Part shown: piece after piece, positions 19,069 to 27,968 of the stretch
Numbering within the stretch: position 1 is the stretch's first letter
How the letters are laid out: each line of letters starts with the position of its first letter
NCBI GenBank assembly: GCA_018062625.1
Contig: JAGORV010000004.1
Coordinates: 8,234 to 72,233 of the forward strand
Source: Candidatus Woesebacteria bacterium
GTDB taxonomy: Bacteria > Patescibacteriota > Microgenomatia > UBA10105 > UBA927
Direction of reading: 5' to 3'
Length of the DNA: 64,000 nt
The notes under the pieces: generated by a model
The model's database searches: none
Seen by the model: only the letters and a program-made list of their open reading frames with translations
What the model was told of the DNA's origin: nothing
Made by a program: the position numbers and the translations under genes

Positions 19069-19617
19069 ATGAAAAATAAGAGTGGGTCAAATGATGGATT
19101 TATTGGACTTCTAGTAATATTGATTGCTGTTATTGCAGTCGGTGCTGTTGTGGTGGTAAAAACTGGTGTACTACAAGTTCAAGTGACCCCTTCCATTCCT
19201 CTTCAGCCAAAATCACAAACGCAAACAGCTTCTGTTCCTACCCCTACCCCAACTGCAACATACCTAAAACCCGGCAAAGAATCCTACATATACTCTTGGG
19301 GAGAAGGCACTACAGTTCCAAAGATGAATTATGTGGATGTAGATCCACACGATCCTAAAAAAGGACAAACACAGAAAGTAAACGTAAAGTTCACACACAC
19401 TTCTGCCATATCAAAAGTATCTTTACAGTTATTTTCAGACAATAAGTCAGAAACATACCCCATGACCATGAGTGAGGGTACCAACGTCAATGGTACATGG
19501 TCTGGATCATGGAACATCGACGATACAGTCTTGTATCGATACGATTTGCGATTCTTAGTAACTGCCGACGGTAAAGAAACTCCATATGATGTAGTATTAC
19601 GAGGCTCAAAACCATGA
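19069..19617 (+). CDS. Hypothetical membrane-anchored protein
   Basis: ATG at 19069 begins MKNKSGSNDGFIGLLVILIAVIAVGAVVVV; a GTG at 19054 is also possible. A PTPTPT linker is followed by a beta-rich domain. Confidence 0.6.
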   Translation: MKNKSGSNDGFIGLLVILIAVIAVGAVVVVKTGVLQVQVTPSIPLQPKSQTQTASVPTPTPTATYLKPGKESYIYSWGEGTTVPKMNYVDVDPHDPKKGQTQKVNVKFTHTSAISKVSLQLFSDNKSETYPMTMSEGTNVNGTWSGSWNIDDTVLYRYDLRFLVTADGKETPYDVVLRGSKP

Positions 19618-20285
19618 AACGCTCATCCAAATCCATAGCCTTTTTTATTATATTTTTTCTTACTTCAATTCACTTGACAGCACTCCCAGCAAATGCCGCG
19701 TGCTTAAATCCAGCTACATTAAATGGCACACAAACCGTTTCATCTAGCTGTTCGGTAGCAGCAAACACAGAAGAGCTCGCCGATACCTGCACGCTTTCTG
19801 AAGCGAGCGCAAACACAGGTACGATTGCCCTTACCACAGCAACCACTACAGTTATGACTGTATTATCTGGGTCAGGTGGCACGGGAGTTACGGTAGTTGA
19901 TGCAAAAACCATAACACTTGCAGCAAACACGTCTATAAGTGTAAGTTGCACTAACTGTAAAATAGATGTAACTGGTAAACAAATTTGGGTAAACGATGCG
20001 GAAGCTGATGGATACGCAACAATCGCTCAATCTGCATGGCCTACATTTGTCGCTGCTAACACAGGGACCTTTCGAAGCGCGTCACAATCCGCGTATCGTC
20101 GTCGATGTCTCATGCGTGGCACAGCAGTAGATTGTAGCGACGCTGCCTATTCTACAACGAACACATGCTATCCAGCGTTCTATCCTGCATTTTACCCAGC
20201 ATTCTACCCAGCATTCTACCCATCATTTGGGCCATACGGTGGATTTAGTCCATACGGAACCTTCTATCCGGTATTTGGCCCGTAA
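19614..20285 (+). CDS. Secreted protein with a C-terminal aromatic/proline tetrapeptide repeat tail
   Basis: ATGA overlap with the upstream gene. The signal peptide is FFIIFFLTSIHLTALPANA|A. The C-terminus reads YPAFYPAFYPAFYPAFYPSFGPYGGFSPYGTFYPVFGP. Confidence 0.65.
   Translation: MKRSSKSIAFFIIFFLTSIHLTALPANAACLNPATLNGTQTVSSSCSVAANTEELADTCTLSEASANTGTIALTTATTTVMTVLSGSGGTGVTVVDAKTITLAANTSISVSCTNCKIDVTGKQIWVNDAEADGYATIAQSAWPTFVAANTGTFRSASQSAYRRRCLMRGTAVDCSDAAYSTTNTCYPAFYPAFYPAFYPAFYPSFGPYGGFSPYGTFYPVFGP
20169..20282 (+). repeat. 12-nt (tetrapeptide YPAF) in-frame tandem repeat, degenerating toward the 3' end
   Basis: The sequence reads tatccagcgttc / tatcctgcattt / tacccagcattc / tacccagcattc / tacccatcattt, followed by G/P/Y/F-rich degenerate units up to the stop. 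Confidence 0.75.
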
Positions 20286-20328
20286 CGAAGAGTGTTCAAT
20301 TACCTACTCGTCTGTTTATATCCAACTA

Positions 20329-20718
20329 TTAGGGCTTCACGGTTATGGATCCTATCACGTAAGGAGCTAGATGATCATGCAATCCCCATGTACCTGCTTT
20401 TGAGAGAGTAACTTCCCAGACGGTACCAGGTTTAATTGGTTGCTTTGGGTCAAGCTCAGAGTAAAAAGTATGACTAGGATGCGGATCAGAGGCTGGCCAA
20501 TGCCAATAAGTATCACTATTCACAAACTTTATCGTAGTGCCCACTGAGACAGTCAAAGACTCGGGGGTAAATCCGTCTTCAGTAATCACGATGGTTTTAC
20601 CATCTAATTTGATCTTCGATTCAGTAGCTTTCCCTCTCTGCGATAAGCCATACACGATACCACTTCCTACGAGACAAATACCCAAAACACCACCAATCAC
20701 TATCATAGATTTTTTCAT
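20329..20718 (-). CDS. Membrane-anchored cupredoxin-like beta-sandwich protein, His-rich and Cys-free
   Basis: ATG at 20718 has GGGGAG 5 nt upstream; a GTG at 20724 is also open. GFTPESLTVSVGTTIKFVNSDTYWHWPASDPHPSH...WGLHDHLAPYVIGSITV fits the cupredoxin-like pattern (f.P..l.v..G..v.f.N.d...H). The mature part has no cysteine. Confidence 0.55.
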   Translation of the reverse strand: MKKSMIVIGGVLGICLVGSGIVYGLSQRGKATESKIKLDGKTIVITEDGFTPESLTVSVGTTIKFVNSDTYWHWPASDPHPSHTFYSELDPKQPIKPGTVWEVTLSKAGTWGLHDHLAPYVIGSITVKP

Positions 20719-20733
20719 ACCCACTCCCCTTTC

Positions 20734-22023
20734 TTATTTTCCGCTTGTAGCAGGATTTATATGTGTACAGCTATCGTAATATCCATATTCGGATTGTTCA
20801 CAATATGATTTCACGATATCAAATGATTTATAATTTTCAAAATTTGCAAATCCTATCAGCGCATAACAGGTAGGCTTAGCAGTAACAGGAGCCAACTTAC
20901 ATATTTCAAATGGTATTGGATTGTTCAATAGTGGATCTCGAAGGCCTGCATATCTGGCTGCCCCTCCAAAACAATATCCATAGTATCGTGGGGTAGAACT
21001 TTTCATACACTGATCAGCCACTCCTTGTGCAGAGTATTTACCATTTATAAGCAAATTATTTCCTATGGATTCATAACAACCACGGACATAGACATCTTTT
21101 TTTGTCGGATCTTGCTCTGGTATATTGTCACAATTACGCATCATGACAGCCACATCGCCAGTGTGAGATCTTCCCACTACATGACCGAAGCAGTGACCAC
21201 GAAAGCGCTCCTCGACTTCAGAACACGGGAAGTATACATCGGTAGGGTCATACAAACGACGTACATTCTCTAGCATGGTAAGGTCTGTAGTTCCTGGCAT
21301 AGCCCCTGCATGAAATACACCCGATAAACACAGCTGGACCGGATCATCTCCAAAATTTGGAGATACCCCTTCACACATAGTGAGCGTCTCTTTAAGCGAT
21401 TGATCAGTAAATATCGCCATGCCATGGCCAAACCAATGCATGCATTGATTCACATAATACAACTTGGAAGTAACGAGTGGATTCTCTAAACATGCTTTTC
21501 GCACTACTCTCGCGCGATCACTCGGTGGTATATGAGACATCCCAATCTCGATCACCCCATGATAGCAACCAAATGACCCCCAACCATCACAATCGACAAT
21601 AGTTTTACCTATTTGCGTTATAAGCACTGCTTCATCTTTTATCGCTCTCCCACTATGTAATCCGGTACCAGCATACAAGGCGTTATCTCCTATCGTATGT
21701 GATAAATCATGTCCCCAGCCTTGCAATGTGGGGTGCTTTTGGCTCACTGGCTCGATGATATCTAACGCAATCCTAGCACCATACGTTCCTGAAACCTTTC
21801 GCATAACCGCGTTCACACATTGGAACAATTCTCTTCCATCTTTTTTGGTGAGGCACTGCTCAGTTTTGTAGGAATAGTATCGTACGAGTATCACCTCAAT
21901 TACACTGAGCTTAGGAGACAGTGGATTATTAGGATTAGGAACAACATGAATATGTGAAGCAAAACTCACGATAAATACACAAATAAATATTCCAATAATT
22001 TTTTTTAGCATACGATTCCTCAT
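20734..22023 (-). CDS. Cys-pair/His-motif repeat family paralog P1 (most divergent and longest)
   Basis: ATG at 22023 has GGAGAGG upstream; the ORF is open to 22080. The TM anchor is IIGIFICVFIVSFA. Motifs are WGHDLSHTIGD, FGCYHGV, CMHWFGHGM, CLSGVFHAG, HCFGHVVG, GCYESIG, YCFGGAA and CYALIGF. Confidence 0.8.
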   Translation of the reverse strand: MRNRMLKKIIGIFICVFIVSFASHIHVVPNPNNPLSPKLSVIEVILVRYYSYKTEQCLTKKDGRELFQCVNAVMRKVSGTYGARIALDIIEPVSQKHPTLQGWGHDLSHTIGDNALYAGTGLHSGRAIKDEAVLITQIGKTIVDCDGWGSFGCYHGVIEIGMSHIPPSDRARVVRKACLENPLVTSKLYYVNQCMHWFGHGMAIFTDQSLKETLTMCEGVSPNFGDDPVQLCLSGVFHAGAMPGTTDLTMLENVRRLYDPTDVYFPCSEVEERFRGHCFGHVVGRSHTGDVAVMMRNCDNIPEQDPTKKDVYVRGCYESIGNNLLINGKYSAQGVADQCMKSSTPRYYGYCFGGAARYAGLRDPLLNNPIPFEICKLAPVTAKPTCYALIGFANFENYKSFDIVKSYCEQSEYGYYDSCTHINPATSGK

Positions 22024-22049
22024 ACCTCTCCGCTTCGAGTATACCACCC

Positions 22050-22898
22050 TCAATTTTGTACATCGAGCGCAGACATGCAAGCCTTTTGGGTTTCTTGATG
22101 AGTAAAGTACATACAGTAATCTTTAGTTTTTTGTGTATCGCCACCAAATTCTCGCATCTTTATAACCTTCACTTGTTCAGAAACGCATGCTGGCTGATAC
22201 TCCAAGGGAATTGAATCACATGGATAATACATATTATCAGTTGTCCAAGGAGCATCATATAAACCACGAAGTGAATCCCCTGCTCGATGTACATTCTCAT
22301 GCGACACGCCAACCCAACAATGATGACGCAGCGGTATATCCATAAATGTTCGATCACAAAATTGAAGTGACTCTATATACCAATAGGTATTTAACCAAAG
22401 TATGGTATATCCTGCTGCTTGCGCACACAGCGCATCGCGTCCATCAACCAAAGAATTCTCTGTACACGAATTTGCCACATCGCGAATAATCTTTGGAGTA
22501 TAACCGTGTTGTTGAGTTGCTCCCATCATGACCCCCTGATAACAAGGTATGACCCACTCTTCGTTACAAACCTCAAAGCCCCGTACTCCCTGAGAAATAT
22601 ATGCACTTTCTCCTAATACCGGAACGATATCATGCATAACATCTGTTGGTAATTTCAACCAATACAGAAATGAGCGGGCAGTAAATGGTGAAACATACAC
22701 ACCGATTCCTCGAATAACTCTCTGCTGAGATCGTAGCGGTAACGAACGAAAGTAGGTTTGAACGAGAGGATTCACATACAAATATCGAACAATCCCAAAA
22801 CATAACGAACAGATAAATATTCCCACGAGTATATAGATCACTCCTTTTCTGTGCTTTGATTTCATATAAAAATAATGCCTATTCTGTTTGACCATCAC
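22050..22898 (-). CDS. Cys-pair repeat family paralog P2 (short, His motifs degenerate)
   Basis: The TM anchor is VIYILVGIFICSLCFGIV. Possible starts are GTG 22898, ATG 22895 and ATG 22865. Motifs are PCYQGVMMG, CAQAAGYTILW, CWVGVSHENV and YYPCDSIPLEYQPACVSEQV. Confidence 0.75.
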   Translation of the reverse strand: MMVKQNRHYFYMKSKHRKGVIYILVGIFICSLCFGIVRYLYVNPLVQTYFRSLPLRSQQRVIRGIGVYVSPFTARSFLYWLKLPTDVMHDIVPVLGESAYISQGVRGFEVCNEEWVIPCYQGVMMGATQQHGYTPKIIRDVANSCTENSLVDGRDALCAQAAGYTILWLNTYWYIESLQFCDRTFMDIPLRHHCWVGVSHENVHRAGDSLRGLYDAPWTTDNMYYPCDSIPLEYQPACVSEQVKVIKMREFGGDTQKTKDYCMYFTHQETQKACMSALDVQN

Positions 22899-23904
22899 GT
22901 ATCAATTCACAAGAGGTTTTTGCCTCATTGCCCTTCACAAGTTCACATAGTGGAGCCACTCGCCAACCTTGATTCACACTCTGATACGTTCTCATAATCC
23001 CAATCATGCATGAATCATAAAAATCTGGCATACCCACACAGACAGGAACAGGATCTATACCATTAGATAAATACTGTTTGGCAGCGAGCGCTCCCACACC
23101 ATACAAACATCGATCCAGAACAGGCTCCTCCAAAAATGTGCGACAATGCGCAGTCAACTGAGGAATAGTCCAATGATATACATCGGTAATATAGGTCAAG
23201 CTCAACTCAACGCACCCACGTTTGTAAATCGATGCATATGCATCACACATATGGAGTAACGATTGTTCTTGTATTTTTTGCGGAAACAATGTATCCAAAT
23301 CGGTATTAAAATATTCCATGAACACACCAAGTCCACAGTGCATTTGGTCATTAGGCGTTGTAAAAAACGACTCACACAAAGCAAGCGCTTTTGGAATATC
23401 AAAATCAGCCAAAGTTGCGCTTGCGTGACCCAATGGATCACTACAGTTTGCACTGCTCTTTGTCTGAGAAACACACGCATCATATAATTTTTGTAAAAAT
23501 ACGGGATCCGGTCCGTGCAGACGCGCTACATACTGTACGACACCATGATAACAACCAAAATTATAATTGGTATCACACATCCCAATGGCTCGTAGTCCAT
23601 ATCTACGATAGGTCTCCTCGCCAATGTAATGCCCTATGATGTGCATCCATGGTAACTCCTGAGGAAATGCCTGTTTCAGCTCAATATTGACCAGAAACAT
23701 CGGCTGAGAGCGAACCATAGTGTAAATAACTTTTTGTAATTCTTTACCCTGAAGAGTACGCAACACAGATGGTGTGATGTGGAGTTGATAATAGGAATAC
23801 CATGTGTACATTCCCCTACCCATACCTACTAACAACACAAGACAAAGTATGAGTATAGCTCCACGAAATCGAGATAATTTCATATTATTGCATTTGTTGT
23901 GCAT
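22879..23904 (-). CDS. Cys-pair/His-motif repeat family paralog P3
   Basis: The TM anchor is GAILILCLVLLVGMG. Motifs are WMHIIGHYIGEE, MCDTNYNFGCYHGV, CSDPLGHASA and CGLGVFMEYF. An alternative ATG lies at 23883. Confidence 0.8.
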   Translation of the reverse strand: MHNKCNNMKLSRFRGAILILCLVLLVGMGRGMYTWYSYYQLHITPSVLRTLQGKELQKVIYTMVRSQPMFLVNIELKQAFPQELPWMHIIGHYIGEETYRRYGLRAIGMCDTNYNFGCYHGVVQYVARLHGPDPVFLQKLYDACVSQTKSSANCSDPLGHASATLADFDIPKALALCESFFTTPNDQMHCGLGVFMEYFNTDLDTLFPQKIQEQSLLHMCDAYASIYKRGCVELSLTYITDVYHWTIPQLTAHCRTFLEEPVLDRCLYGVGALAAKQYLSNGIDPVPVCVGMPDFYDSCMIGIMRTYQSVNQGWRVAPLCELVKGNEAKTSCELIRDGQTE

Positions 23905-24922
23905 TGACCGTATACAGGCTGTCTTGTGCGGATTTCACGCCTTTTATACAGGCTGCTTGCTGTGACATTTCTAAAGATTCACAAAGTCTGGTTGCCATGT
24001 CAGCTCGTCCAGAAAAAGAATACTGTCGAGACGCAACGCCAATACAATATAGATAGTATTGTGACGGTACTTTTCCGCACTCTATGATAATTCGATCAGG
24101 CGTTTGAGGATCATCTTGATATAATGCGCCACCTATCGCTCCAAAACACTGATTCCGTACATCTTCTGCTTGATAATGCATGCAATATCCACTTGTTTGA
24201 ACGGTATCTCTGTCATAAAAAACTAGACGAGCCAGAAAAACATGCTCTCGTACACATGCAGGCTGGTACTTTGAAGGAAACGTGTCACATGGTGCATATT
24301 TATTTTTAGGATCCATCGGATTTGTTGCCAATCCATTTGGCAAATTTCCTCTTCTGACCACATTTTCCATAGATACCCCATCCCAACAAAAAAATCGTAA
24401 CTCGGTATCTTTTTCAAACACCTCGTCACACGCCTGAAATGACTGTAACATGTCATAGTTTCGAACCCACATAAGACCATGTCCTATTCCATGCGCGCAA
24501 GAAATATCTGCCGTTCTATTTTTACCTGCTTTTTCGCATCCTTTTGCAAGGTCAGCCAATACAGACTGCTGATATCCTTGCGCACGAATTGCTGCCAAAA
24601 TCACTCCGTGATAGCAGGCGAAGGTAAACACTGAATCGCAATAGCGAAATCCTGCAGTACCATATTTTGCATATGCAGTTTCCCCTATCAAGTGCGCAAG
24701 CTCATGTTCTTCTGCAGGTTGATCAGGATAGATTGCAAGCAAAACATCTCTCAAGCGCACTGGAGATGCACGCATACCGATCGCACGAAATAACGCTAAA
24801 CGCTTTTCTTTGGGCAATGAACGAATATGTGAACCAAACAAACCACTCATATACCACGACTGAGAGAGGCCCAATCCCAGTCCTAAGATGAAAAATAATC
24901 CAACAAAAAAATATTTTCTCAT
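23885..24922 (-). CDS. Cys-pair/His-motif repeat family paralog P4 (only member with a literal HExxH)
   Basis: ATG at 24922; a GTG at 24931 is also open. Motifs are EEHELAHLIGE (24692-24706), FACYHGV, CAHGIGHGL, CWDGVSMENV and YAPCDTFPSKYQPACVREHV. Confidence 0.8.
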   Translation of the reverse strand: MRKYFFVGLFFILGLGLGLSQSWYMSGLFGSHIRSLPKEKRLALFRAIGMRASPVRLRDVLLAIYPDQPAEEHELAHLIGETAYAKYGTAGFRYCDSVFTFACYHGVILAAIRAQGYQQSVLADLAKGCEKAGKNRTADISCAHGIGHGLMWVRNYDMLQSFQACDEVFEKDTELRFFCWDGVSMENVVRRGNLPNGLATNPMDPKNKYAPCDTFPSKYQPACVREHVFLARLVFYDRDTVQTSGYCMHYQAEDVRNQCFGAIGGALYQDDPQTPDRIIIECGKVPSQYYLYCIGVASRQYSFSGRADMATRLCESLEMSQQAACIKGVKSAQDSLYTVNAQQMQ

Positions 24923-24937
24923 AAAGCACACTTCAGT

Positions 24938-25915
24938 TTATTCTACCTTCTTTATACATTCCGTACGAAGCCCAACATCACCTATCTCACGACAAACAAT
25001 CGCTGAATGCATTTTTTGATCCGTCGTCTCATACGTACGCGCCACTCCCACCAAGCACATGTCTTTGTGCGTACTCCTACGCTTACATGTTTCTATCGCT
25101 TTTGGCGTATTACTATACAATTGCTGACCTATCCAATACCCCACCTCGTTGGAACATGCTTTCTGCACTTCAATATCCGCATATGTATCACATCGAGATA
25201 AAAGCCGATCAAAATCAAAATCCCATGCTTTTGCAATATGACGCATTACAATCCGCGTACATACCGGCTCATATATTTCATCAAACATGTCACAAAAACT
25301 ACCTTCATGTAGTACCCAATACTCTTCTGAGAAATCTGCGCTGTATTCCATAATGACACCGATCCAACATTCTGAAACGATATCCGGATACGGATAATAC
25401 ACATCACAGAGAGATAACGCTTTTTTTATATCAGCACCATACACAACTCCCAAAGCATGCCCCATAGGATGCACACACCCCACTATACCCAACGAACCAC
25501 TTTCACATGCTTTTTTTACTGACGGTAGAATGCTTGGGTCTTGACCTTGTGATCGAATAATAGATGTTATGATGCCGTGATAACAACCAAAATTATAAAA
25601 CGTTTCACACATACTATACGCTTTTGTTCCATATTTTTTGTATAACGCTTCACCTAATGGATGACCCAAGTAAAAATGCATCCATGTTTCCTCGTTTGGA
25701 TATGCCTTTTGTATCTCTTGGAATACTAATTTATACGGCTGTTTTGCAACCATGACATTTACAACGTACGCCAGCTTTTTATCACGTAACGTTGAAAGTG
25801 CATGAGGGGCAATATTACTTTGATAAAAGATGATCCATGTATACGCTCCATACAAACTAGCTATGCCAAATACCAAAATACCCAAGAAAAGCATTCTCCA
25901 TGATACATTTTTCAT
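24938..25915 (-). CDS. Cys-pair/His-motif repeat family paralog P5
   Basis: The TM anchor is MLFLGILVFGIASLYGAY. All 14 cysteines are in the ectodomain, arranged as seven C-x(7-12)-C pairs. Motifs are WMHFYLGHPLGE, MCETFYNFGCYHGI, GCVHPMGHAL and ECWIGVIMEY. Confidence 0.85.
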   Translation of the reverse strand: MKNVSWRMLFLGILVFGIASLYGAYTWIIFYQSNIAPHALSTLRDKKLAYVVNVMVAKQPYKLVFQEIQKAYPNEETWMHFYLGHPLGEALYKKYGTKAYSMCETFYNFGCYHGIITSIIRSQGQDPSILPSVKKACESGSLGIVGCVHPMGHALGVVYGADIKKALSLCDVYYPYPDIVSECWIGVIMEYSADFSEEYWVLHEGSFCDMFDEIYEPVCTRIVMRHIAKAWDFDFDRLLSRCDTYADIEVQKACSNEVGYWIGQQLYSNTPKAIETCKRRSTHKDMCLVGVARTYETTDQKMHSAIVCREIGDVGLRTECIKKVE

Positions 25916-25922
25916 AGTTTAT

Positions 25923-26918
25923 TTAGAGTGACTCCAAAGCATTAGATATCTTATGCTCACATGCTTCACGCTCCTCAGGGAGTGATAATGTACGACAAAT
26001 AATACGCGCGTCTTGTACTTTATGAGCAGCCAAATATGGCACATTTACCCCATTCAAACACCACGAGATATCCTCTCCCGCAAACCTACACTGCGCAATA
26101 GCCGCTTTCGGATCTTCAAAATATTTTTGACCAATTATAGAGCCAATTGCGTCTACACAATGAGTTCTACTGTCGACACGAGCATATGTTTGACAATACC
26201 GAATAACTCGACCAAAATCTTCACTCCAAATGGCCTTCAAATATGAAACATGCATACTGACACATGATGCTTCATATTTCTTTGGAAAGGTGTTACACGG
26301 ATAATACGGATCATTGACGCGTCCATACTGTGCTTGTGGTGCATTGGGCGCCGAACGATTTATATATTCCATCATGGCACCATTCCAACAAGAAAACGCT
26401 ACCATTGGCTCTGGATACAATCGATCGCAATACCCAAAAGCCTTCACCGCATCATAATTTGCAATAATCGCACTCGCGTGACCCAATGGGTGTATACAAG
26501 CACTCGCATATGATGGGCTCTTATCACACGCACGTTTCAACTCCTCCAATAGCTTTTCATTTGGACCGTGCAAACGAATAGCCATATCAACGACTCCATG
26601 ATAGCACCCATAATTAAACATAGGATCGCACATGCCAAATGCCTTGGTTAGATATACTCTATAAATCTCTTCGCCTAACAGGTGACCCACCCCATGAGAT
26701 GCAGGTTCCTCTGACGGATATACTGCCAACAAATATCTTTTTACTTCGTCTATGGGTCTTTCTGTCACAAGCCAACGAATATCCTCCCGCATCTGAGATA
26801 CTGGCAATGCAGGAAATGTCACGATATTTGTATACGCTTGATATACGAAAATATATCGAGCTCCCCCAACGCACCCACCCAGTAAAAATAGAACGACCAA
26901 CCAGAATATCTTTTTCAT
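25923..26918 (-). CDS. Cys-pair/His-motif repeat family paralog P6
   Basis: ATG at 26918 forms an ATGA overlap with P7, with GGAGG 5 nt upstream; the ORF is open to a TTG at 26963. Motifs are SHGVGHLLGEE, MCDPMFNYGCYHGV, CIHPLGHASA and CWNGAMMEY. Confidence 0.85.
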   Translation of the reverse strand: MKKIFWLVVLFLLGGCVGGARYIFVYQAYTNIVTFPALPVSQMREDIRWLVTERPIDEVKRYLLAVYPSEEPASHGVGHLLGEEIYRVYLTKAFGMCDPMFNYGCYHGVVDMAIRLHGPNEKLLEELKRACDKSPSYASACIHPLGHASAIIANYDAVKAFGYCDRLYPEPMVAFSCWNGAMMEYINRSAPNAPQAQYGRVNDPYYPCNTFPKKYEASCVSMHVSYLKAIWSEDFGRVIRYCQTYARVDSRTHCVDAIGSIIGQKYFEDPKAAIAQCRFAGEDISWCLNGVNVPYLAAHKVQDARIICRTLSLPEEREACEHKISNALESL

Positions 26919-27967
26919 TGAATCCTCCCCAAGATCCGATGCTGTTTCATATATGCGAGACAATCGTCTCTATGAACAATACCATTTGTCGCACACGCTC
27001 CTTCAATTTGAGCGTCACTCTCCGTTGTCGCGACGAATGTATCGACACATGTGTATACCGCTTTCTCAGCTTGTTTACACCGAGCGTAAACAAATTGCTC
27101 CGATGCTTTATCTAAACTCTGAAATGACTCTATAGCTTCTATGCATTGCTCTACTTCACGCAAAGGACTTCCACACACGCCGGACGCAAACCCAATATCT
27201 CTTACAACACTCAGCTCTACTGAGAGCACAGATTCCATACATATTCGTCTCACTACTACTGGATACTGTCGACAATCAGCAAATATATCTTCTGGTAACT
27301 TTGAGGCATTTTTAATTTGCACAACTGGACCATACACTTGCATAAATAATCCACCCCAGCACATTTTTTTATCGGCGAGCGTTACGAAGCGATCACAATG
27401 AGACACCGCAGATGGAATATCTGCTGGTAGATAATCTGCAAGTCCATGTCCGATACCATGGATGCATTCTTCTCTATCACGCGCCGTAGATCCGGGCTCA
27501 ATACTACTATCGCACACCGTTGCGATACTTGATTTGGTCATCTTACCTTGATTGAGTAATCCAAAAAACATACCGTGAACACATCCATACACGCACCCAG
27601 TCCCGCACATGGCAAATAATCGAGGTACAGAAGCGTCAGATCGAATACCAGCAGTCTCCCCCACTAAATGTGCGAGCGCATGACAATTGGGACTGTTATA
27701 AACAGTGTTAGAATCTTCTGCATGATAGCTTTCCAACAATACTGCTCGCATAATATCTGGTATATTCGTAGAGCGAACTATAGCTCTAAGTTCACGACGT
27801 AAACATGAAACACGTGCAAGATTTTGAAATTGGAAACATGTTTCTTGAAGTGTATGTATCGTTTCCTCTGTCACGTTCCCTTGCGAAACATAATGATATG
27901 TACCTCCCAACATCCCTAGGCAAAAAACTAGGCTTACAAAAATGTAACGCAAGTATATTCGGGTCAT
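26915..27967 (-). CDS. Cys-pair/His-motif repeat family paralog P7
   Basis: ATG at 27967; a TTG at 27982 is also open. Motifs are NCHALAHLVGE, MCGTGCVYGCVHGM, ECIHGIGHGL and MCWGGLFMQVY. Confidence 0.8.
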   Translation of the reverse strand: MTRIYLRYIFVSLVFCLGMLGGTYHYVSQGNVTEETIHTLQETCFQFQNLARVSCLRRELRAIVRSTNIPDIMRAVLLESYHAEDSNTVYNSPNCHALAHLVGETAGIRSDASVPRLFAMCGTGCVYGCVHGMFFGLLNQGKMTKSSIATVCDSSIEPGSTARDREECIHGIGHGLADYLPADIPSAVSHCDRFVTLADKKMCWGGLFMQVYGPVVQIKNASKLPEDIFADCRQYPVVVRRICMESVLSVELSVVRDIGFASGVCGSPLREVEQCIEAIESFQSLDKASEQFVYARCKQAEKAVYTCVDTFVATTESDAQIEGACATNGIVHRDDCLAYMKQHRILGRIQ

Positions 27968-27968
27968 G

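Noticed and set aside
20169-20282. Short tandem repeat that might have been a CRISPR-like or intergenic repeat array.
   Set aside because: The 12-nt units have no spacers, lie entirely in-frame within a coding sequence, and encode the YPAF tetrapeptide. No CRISPR-like repeat-spacer structure was seen anywhere in the window.
20329-20718. Blue-copper (type 1) cupredoxin such as plastocyanin or azurin.
   Set aside because: The mature sequence contains no cysteine and no C-x(n)-H-x(n)-M ligand set. Only a cupredoxin-like strand pattern with many histidines can be claimed.
24692-24706. HExxH zinc-metalloprotease assignment for the Cys-pair family, based on EEHELAHLIGE in P4.
   Set aside because: Only one of the eleven paralogs has Glu after the first His; the rest have HxxxH with I, G, A or D at that position. 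No third-ligand motif typical of known metzincin, gluzincin or M48 families is visible. The family is left unassigned.
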